A DNA stretch of 64,000 nt, taken from the NCBI GenBank assembly GCA_950097015.1, contig CATNEN010000039.1, forward strand, positions 18,848,001-18,912,000. The letters are read 5' to 3'. Positions within the stretch are counted from its first letter, which is position 1. Every line of letters begins with the position of its first letter. The notes beneath the pieces were generated by a model, which saw nothing but the letters and a program-made list of their open reading frames with translations, was not told the DNA's origin and searched no databases. Both the position numbers and the translations under genes were made by a program. Below are positions 10,104 to 19,100 of this stretch, piece by piece. Source of the DNA: Macrostomum hystrix (Eukaryota; Animalia; Platyhelminthes).

Positions 10104-13100
10104 ATGAACGCGCGTCGTTCTGAACTCTGGATTCTGTCATCACTGCTGCTGCTGCTGCTGCTGCTGCTGAGTCGGTGCCAGGTTTGAGACGAGCATTTTT
10201 ATTTCAAATATTTGAGACTTATGGAAAATGGCAAAAATGTCTATGGCAAAATAACAGTAATACCTGGGCGTTACGCCCTTAAAGGAAAGGTATTAATAAA
10301 CTAGTGCAAAGTGCTAGGCAAGATTGAAAATGATCAGTTTGAACCGAGGACTACTGTACGCTGCTGAGGACTTTCTAGCCATAGAATTGCATCTTATTGT
10401 AAAAAAGCGTGTGGTAATGTCGCGCGAGTTGTCTATGGCTATTTTTCCACGTATTATTGGGCGGAAAATAAAGGCCCAAATACAACGCTTATGCGTTCGA
10501 AAATGTCTATATTCATCCGGCTTAAATGTCATTCATTGTATTTCTTCGTGCGGTAATGCCCATAGTCTATGGTCAATCCCTATTCAACGTTACAAGAAAA
10601 GCGTGCGGTTAATGAACAATGCGTGCGGTAATGACGTACACATTAAGGCACAAACTCTAAGAAAGAACAAGTACAAACAGGAACACAGATGTAAACAGGG
10701 TTATGATAGTCTTGGAAATGTTATCAAAGAACCACATGAGTTAGCCTCGTGTCATTCATTGTTAATACTTGCCGAAACTGCAGTTGGAAACTGGGCCGTG
10801 GAAATTGAACACCATACGAATGCCGGAAGCGTCCTTTTCCACGTCGCATTTGGCGAAGCGCACTCCTGAGTTCGAATGAGCACATTAAATGACTGAAAAA
10901 CCATTTTATATCATCCTCGTGTGACATGTGACCCGCGATGTCACTTTTGGAAAACTAATTTAACCTTTCCTGCTTAATTCTAGACAGTATCAAGCGACGG
11001 CAGCTTCAATGTGTATCTGAGCAAATACCAAAATCCCAACAGTGTGCTTAGCAACAATGAGAAATGCGACACATTTGGAGGCTTCTCACCTTGCGACATG
11101 CGTTTCACCATCAGCTATCGAGTTGGGTGAGGCTCGCTCGCTGATCATAAGACCAGAAATTGCCTAGAATATAATGCAGCACCCAGCCGTTTCTATGAAG
11201 CTTTCCTAAGGCTAAATGTATTCAGTAGTTGAAAAATTTGCTCTTTTGTTCGTAGCTGGACGGCGATATAAATATAAATATGAATAATGATTTATTACAC
11301 CTGCCCTAATCGGGTTAGATATGTGCGGACGACAGCACAGGCTATTGCGCGGTGCATCTGAAGGCTTGTACAGGTGTTCAGTCCATGGACTGGGGGACGC
11401 CACACCCACCCTCAATTCCCCAGATGATGCTGGTACCCATTTAAGCGTCTTGCCAAATGACTCAAATCGTTACGGAAGTCACAATCTGATCCCGGACCTT
11501 CAATTCGTGAGTCCACAATGCTCTAACAACCAGGCTACAACCCACTTCGTAGATCCAGTAAAATTCTAAACTAAAACCCTCGCTTAACTTCATTCTTCGG
11601 AATGGTAGACTTCAGACTACTGAGAAATAGAATTTGCATCCTAGACTACTGACTATTAGTTTTCAGTAGTGCATGCGCACATTTGTTCATCTTAAAGTCC
11701 TTTTTACGCAACATCAACAATAATATAGCTTTTTGCAGACCATTTGATCCTTCGAGCATTCGATTGAATCCACAGTGGCAAAATCCAAGCGTTTCAGGCC
11801 GATTTTCAAGTTGTCTATGGCCAAAAGTATGACCATAGAGCGATCGAATTGATCCTTCGGACACGCATTTAAGTCTCTCTCCACTGTGCCCTAGAACACA
11901 GACTAGACAGGTATCATCAGTTATCATCAGGCCACCGGAACATCGGCATCCCGACCAAGAAGGCACTTGAGGGTGATAAGCTGCTTGTCCAAAGCCCTAC
12001 TCACGGTGGCTTCACTCAATTCAAAGCCATCAAATTTGTCCTGCAGCAAGCGTCGCATTTCCTTCAATGTCAGCAGAGGGTTTTTCATCCAGCGATGCCA
12101 GCAGCAGCTGCATATGCTCCACCCCCAGCTTTGGCACCCGGTCACCACCTCGCAGAATCCGATCTCGGCGGCCCGTCAGCTCGTATCGTCTTCGGATGGA
12201 AGTAAAAGTTTTAGTCTTCACATTCAGCCATCGCGCGATATTTGATATGCTGTCGCCTCTTTCGATTGCGCTCACTATCAGCTCGTACTTCTCGTCGCTT
12301 ATCTTGGCATATGGCCCTCGTTCCACGGGCTCGTCAACTTCGTCGATGGAATCAAAGCTGTCCTCACTTTCTTCGTCGAACATAGTGTTGGCTGCTTCGC
12401 TCTCTGACGTCTGATGATAATTCTGTCTAGTCTGTGTTCTAGGGCACAGTGGAGAGGCTTAAATGCGTGTCCGAAGGATCAAATCGATTGCTCTATGGTC
12501 ATACTTTTGGCCATAGACAACTTGAAAATCTGCCTGAAACGCCTGGATTTTGCCACTCTGGATTCAATCGAATGCTCGAAGGATCAAATGGTCTGCAAAA
12601 AGCTATACTAGAGTTATGCTCAAATTCTCGAGTGTCTGCATATGCTGAAAAGAACTGCTCTAAAACTATGCACATTTTAGAAGCGATGCAAAAGCGCCAG
12701 CCTACACTAGTCCGGAGTTCTCAGACTCAATTGAGGTGAATGGCATCTTTAATTTGAACAGCAGCTTCACCGGAGCATTCCCTATCACTGTGAGTGCATA
12801 GTCTAGCTTTTACTCGTGAACCAAGTGAGTTGTCAGTTTTACCGGTGTAAAATAATACTTCTTTGCCGAAAAAATCCTTCAACTCAGTCGGACAACTGGT
12901 ACATTCGCGTCGACGTTGTCGACATTGATCCACCCGGAACACCCTATCAGAGCGTGGACGATATCATACTGAGCAATAGCCTGGAAGCGATTCGCAGCTC
13001 CAGCTTCAATGGCATGGTACCCAGTTGGACAACAATCACAACTGACCGCAACTATGGCAGGTAATCATCGATTAGTCATTGATTGGTCGTGCTTTTAGTG

Positions 13101-16100
13101 ACAGATTTAGTGCATTCAACAAAACCTCCACAGATTACTGACCTGGTCGCACCAGCTCTACTGCTCCGTTAATTATTACTCGGGGTTGTGCGACAAATTC
13201 TGCAAGCCCACTGACAACACGGTTGATGGTCACTACAGCTGCTCGTCAACTGGGGACAAAGTTTGCCTTCAAGGTGAATTCACTGCAATGTTTTACATAC
13301 TATAGGTATTAACGATTGAGCGATGTCGACTTGCTGAATGTAAATGTACATGATGTACATTTGTGATGAAGGTCGAAACTGACTGAATGTACATTGACTT
13401 GATTGACATTAACACTCCCTCCCAGGTTACTGGGATCCGGCTACAAATTGCAAGAACACCTACTGCATGGGAACTACTTTGTGTCAAAACAATGCCACAT
13501 GCAATCCGCTAGAGACAGGATATACGTGCAACTGTCCGGAAAAATTTACTGGTGAGTATCGCACTGCTGCCCTTTATTAATTCTCTTCTATTATATGAAG
13601 CGGGACAAGGAAAATAATCGAAAGCTGCTAATGGATTTACGGATTCAATCTAGGTCGACACTGTGAACTGTTCAAAAATCCGTGCCTCGGTTTGGCTCCC
13701 TGCCGCAATGGTAGCTGCACCAACCCGAGGGACGGTGAGTACACCTGCTCATGCTACTCTGGCTGGACCGGGGTGAACTGCGACGTTGATGTTGACGAGT
13801 GCACCAGCGGAGCCAGCGGCTGCGACCCGGCTGGCACAATGAACTGCACCAATCTCATCGGCTCATTCGAGTGCAAGTGTCGCGATGGCTGGTCCGGTGA
13901 GTCGCGACTTGATCGTGTCTGCTGTCTGCCCTCTATTCACTCTTTTGTTCGCTGCACTTTTCTTGTTTACCTCGTCCTTTATGCCCACTTTATCAGTCTA
14001 GTTCTTTCTCTATCGTTATCTCTGCCCGCGGCTGATCTCTCATTCTCTCTCCCTTCCTCGCTCCTGATTGGTCGCCACCTCGCCCCAACTGCTATAACAC
14101 TCTCATTCTCTACCCTATTACCCCCGAATTTCTGTATGCGTCTGCAACAATTATCTCTTCCCCCAGTGGGTTCAATAATAGTATCGAACCTTTTGACATA
14201 GTTAATTTTCATCGTTTCAAGTCAAAAATTTATCCAAGGACCACTAGAAGAAGAAGGACGGGACACATTGTTTCCTGGAAAAATTATTGAAGGCAGATTT
14301 TCAAAGGAAAAATGCACTGGCGATATAGGAACTTTTCAAGTTGTTTCACATTAAAGTGTTGATAGCTTTTTATTAGAAGCAGATCCAATGCTGTTCTTTT
14401 AATATATCTCACAAAACATGTTGCTTCAACGAATTTTAGAAAGCTTCATTCATGAACAAATTTATACTCATCTGAATTTTGTTTATCTATTGCTCGAAAA
14501 GTAAAATAATGAGAATAGTCTCCATCTACTCGCAGGATCCCGATGCGCCTCAATCTCAGACCACTGCTCGGTGCTAAGTCCCTGCAAGTACGGCAGCTGC
14601 GTTAATGCCAACGTCTCTATCACAGGCAGCAATTACACCTGCCATTGTCAGAGCGGCTGGGCCGGTAGAAACTGCGACACGGACGTCGACGAGTGTGCCA
14701 CGGCAGGCGCTGGCAGTGCCGGCTCCTGTCACACTCTGGGTACCTCCAGTTGCGTCAATACCAACGGCTCATTCAGCTGTACCTGTCGGCCAGGTTGGGC
14801 AGGTGAGGATGCACCCATCATCCTATAGGATTTATCCACATAACATGGGATTTATCTGTGAATTCAAAGCCCCGTTCTGTTATTTTCTATTTAGGCCCAC
14901 TTTGCAACAGCATTGCTGACTATTGCTTGGTCATGAAGCCAACTTGTAACCATGGCAACTGCAGCAACGGTGGCGGTGGTAGCAGCAACTTTACCTGCGT
15001 CTGCCAAAGTGGCTGGGAAGGTGCGACTTGCGACACAGACATTAACGAGTGCAGCAGGCCCGGATACTGCGTTAATAGGGCCGGCTGTGAAAACAGAAAT
15101 GGCTCCTATGTGTGCCACTGTCTGCCAGGGTTTGACGGTAAGTGTGACAGGAACTGCATTTGGGTTGGCTGACAGAGTGAAGCGTAAGTTACAAGTAACG
15201 TAAGTTACAAGTAACGTAAGTTACAAGTAACGTAAGTTACAAGTAACGTAAGTTACAAGTAACGTAAGTTACAAGTAACGTAAGTTACAAGTAACGTAAG
15301 TTACAAGTAACGTAAGTTACAAGTAACGTAAGTTACAAGTAACGTAAGTTACAAGTAACGTAAGTTACAAGTAACGTAAGTTACAAGTAACGTAAGTTAC
15401 GTGAAGAGTTTTGCGTGTTGATCAGACACACGAAACTCCCACTTCTAGACAATGGGGAACAATTGCCTAGGAATTTATAACAGTCACGTGACACTTACTG
15501 CAGATTCTTCTTCTTCCTTGATAGTGAGTTGTTTGTAGTCTTTGGTTTTCGATAGCCGGCGGTTCTTCTTCTTGTGCTGGTCGACCGTGAAGTATCGGTT
15601 CTGTTGCTTCTTGAGTCTTTGTAGTCTTGTCTTCTTTGTCTTCCTGGTAGCTGCTTGAGTTTGTCTGTTGGCCAATAAATGACGAGAGCGAATCAGATTT
15701 TTTGTCGGTTTCCTCGAGCTCGGAATTCACAATAGAAACGTGCGCCCTAGTGAACAATTGAAATCTCTCTTGTATATCTCTAATAGGTCCTCCTGAAGGG
15801 CGTCTTCTTCGTTACCTCCGAAAGATAACGGATAACTCAAATCAAATCAATCAATAATCCTCTAGGAATGTATCCTAGGAAACAAGGAGGCCTTTCTCAA
15901 ATGTATCGACGATTTGTGGCTCTCGTAAACTTGTTCAATTCAACAACGATTGCTAGCAATAAATAACTCTGTCTAGTAAAGCGCTTACCACTTGTCTTTC
16001 CCTCAGAGTCCTCTTCTTCGTAAGGTGTTTTGAAGTCCGGTGGACCGCTCCGAGTCTGAATTTTTAGCTCGGATTTTCGCTTGTATTTATAGTAAAATTT

Positions 16101-19100
16101 TGGGGAAAAACCGGTTCTACTACCGGGTGTTTACTTAGGTCACACATATTTGTTTAGTGAGTCATGATTGTGAGTTTTTACCATATTTGGAATATTGTGT
16201 AAACACAGACGCAGAAACCGATGAGTCATAATTGTTTGCTTTACCATATTTGGAATTCAAGCAAACACAGCTGTCAAGAACCGGTTCTCCGGTTTCATGT
16301 CACATGACTTGTTTCTAAAAATAGCGTATGACTCATTCCTAAAAATAGATTAAATGTTGTAGCTAAGAGTTCCTTATGGCATTACTTTAAGTAGCGCGTT
16401 AAGCAAAAAGCACATTTTACAACTCTCTACATTACGCTCGAACAAGTATGTTAAGTTACGAGGGCTGTCCCAAAAGTAGTGTTACTTTTGATTATATCTT
16501 TTGTTCTGATGGTTCAAATAACGTGATTTTACACAGTCTTATAGCGGCAAGTCTCTTCTTTATATTAATTCAAATCTTTTTTCTAACAGACTAAGGAAAT
16601 AGAAGTTATCAACGAAAAACTAACAGGACCTCAAACATAGACTTACAGTAAATCAACAAGCAAGCAAAAATGACCAACAGTTGAGTGGTTGCGAATATGA
16701 AGTTTTCTCGTAGCAATTGAAACGCTCCTCTTCACTCGTCGGTGGGAATGCTTGACTTCTCAACGTAGTCACCGCCGAGCTGAAGGCATTTTTGCCACCG
16801 ACTGAACAAACCGTCAATAGCGTTGGCATAACTCTCGCGTGGAATTTTGTGGAGCAGGACATTCCGCACTGCCTGTTCGAGGTTGTCACGGTTCTCATGA
16901 ACTTTACCTCGCAGATGCGACTTCATTAGTGGAAATAAGGCGAAATCTGCTGGCGCCAGATCAGGCGAATACGGTGGATGAGGCAAAATATTAAACTTGA
17001 GTCTGCTGACAGCCTCGGAGGTCTTCTGTGCAGTATGGGGTCTGGCGTTGTCGTGGTGGAGAAGAAAGGGCTTGATTCCAACCCGACGCTTGTTCCAGAT
17101 TTCGAACTTCAATTTTTCAAGGGAAGCAATATAGCACTCGGCATTGATGCTCTTCCCTGGCTCAAGAAATTAGATTGCAAGTGGTCCATTTCTGTCGAAG
17201 AACAAAGTCAGAAGCACCTTTTAGCAGTGAGGCTCTCGACGTGCCTTAACAGGGGGGTCTGAACCCCTGATTGTCCAAACCTTGGACTCCTGTTTGGTGG
17301 GGGGATCGAAGTGAGGCACCCACGTCTCGTCACCAGTAACAACGATTTGCCGAAACGTTTCCCATCCACCATGTTGCCTGACGAGCTCCAGATTCTCCTG
17401 GCACACTCGCTGCCGCTGCTCTTTCAGGTCTGGTGTCAGATGGCGTGGAATCCAGCGAGCACTCAGCTTCACATAATCCATGCTGGTGAGACTTCGATGA
17501 ACCGTTGATCGCGGAGTATTTAGCCTGTCAGCAATCTCTCTGATCGTCATTCGTGCGTCCTCATCAAGAAGATCCAGGATAGCGTCAGCCAGGACGTCAG
17601 AGTCTCGAACATGAGGGCGACCTGTCCTGAGCTGATCAGCAAGGTCCGTCCTTCCCACTCGAAACTGTTCTATCCAACGATAGATGGTCATTTTACTGAC
17701 CGCGCAAGACCCATGAGCTGATAAAAGTTGCGCGTGAATCTCGGCTGCACTGTGCCCCGTCTTCCAAAGGGTGTAAATCACACTCCTCTGGGCAAAACTT
17801 GAATGCACATCCATGATCTTTGGCACAGCAAGAAATGAGAACAAAAATGCTCGTACTGAAGCCAAGTCCCAGTGAGAGATATGAAGATTTCATTCCATAT
17901 TTTCCAGAGACAACTTTCAAATTATAACTTCATTATGATTTTTCCAGAGACATATCTTTGTGGCGGATTGAGAAATTGAGAAATTTTGGTTGAAAGAGTG
18001 TGTCCTCAGTCGAAAGCACTTTCGTAGCATTCCGATAGCCTGTTGATTTACTGTAAGTCTATGTTTGAGGTCCTGTTAGTTTTTCGTTGATAACTTCTAT
18101 TTCCCTAGTCTGTTAGAAAAAAGATTTGAATTAATATAAAGAAGAGACTTGCCGCTATAAGACTGTGTCAAATCACGTTATTTGAACCATCAGAACAAAA
18201 GATATACCGGTACCGGTACCGGTAATCAAAAGTAACACTGCTTTTCGGACAGCCCTCGTACAAATAAACTTAATTTAAAGTAAAATTCGATAAAGCAATC
18301 TTAATTTGCAAGTATCCGATAGCTTTTTACTTTTGCTTCATTTTGCTTCAACTATTCAAATATTTTGCTTCAACTAGGTCCGCGCTGTGATACTAAAGTG
18401 AATCCCTGCTTAACGGAGCGACCCTGCGCCAACGGTGGCAACTGTACACCCGTAGTTGACAGCACCGGTGGCGGTGGAAGCAGCAATTTTACCTGCGTCT
18501 GCCAAAGTGGCTGGGAAGGTGCGACTTGCGACACAGACATTAACGAGTGCAGCAGGCCCGGATACTGCGTTAATAGGGCCGGATGTGAAAACAGAAATGG
18601 CTCCTATGTGTGCCACTGTCTGCCAGGGTTTGACGGTAAGTGTGACAGGAACTGCATTTGGCTTGGCTGACAGAGTGAAGCGTAAGTTACAAGTAACGTA
18701 AGTTACAAGTAACGTAAGTTACAAGTAACGTAAGTTACAAGTAACGTAAGTTACAAGTAACGTAAGTTACTAGTAACGTAAGTTACGCTCGAACAAGTAT
18801 GTTAAGTTACAAATAAACTTAATTTAAAGTAAAATTCGATAAAGCAATCTTAATTTGCAAGTATCCGATAGCTTTTTTACTTTTATCTCGAAACTTTTTA
18901 TGTAAGCCACTGGTAACGTAAAAAATGTAACGCAACAGAAGTATCATCGCCGCTAAAAATATTTTGCTTCAACTAGGTCCGCGCTGTGATACTAAAGTGA
19001 ATCCCTGCTTAACCGAGCGACCCTGCGCCAACGGTGGCAACTGTACACCCGTAGTTGACAGCACCGGTGGCGGTGGAAGCAGCAATTTTACCTGCGTCTG

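Noticed and set aside
10250-10930. 181-aa ORF and a GGGCGTTACGCCC hairpin in Delta intron 1
   Set aside because: It has no recognisable domain and is not needed for the phase-consistent gene model; Helitron termini are not convincing.
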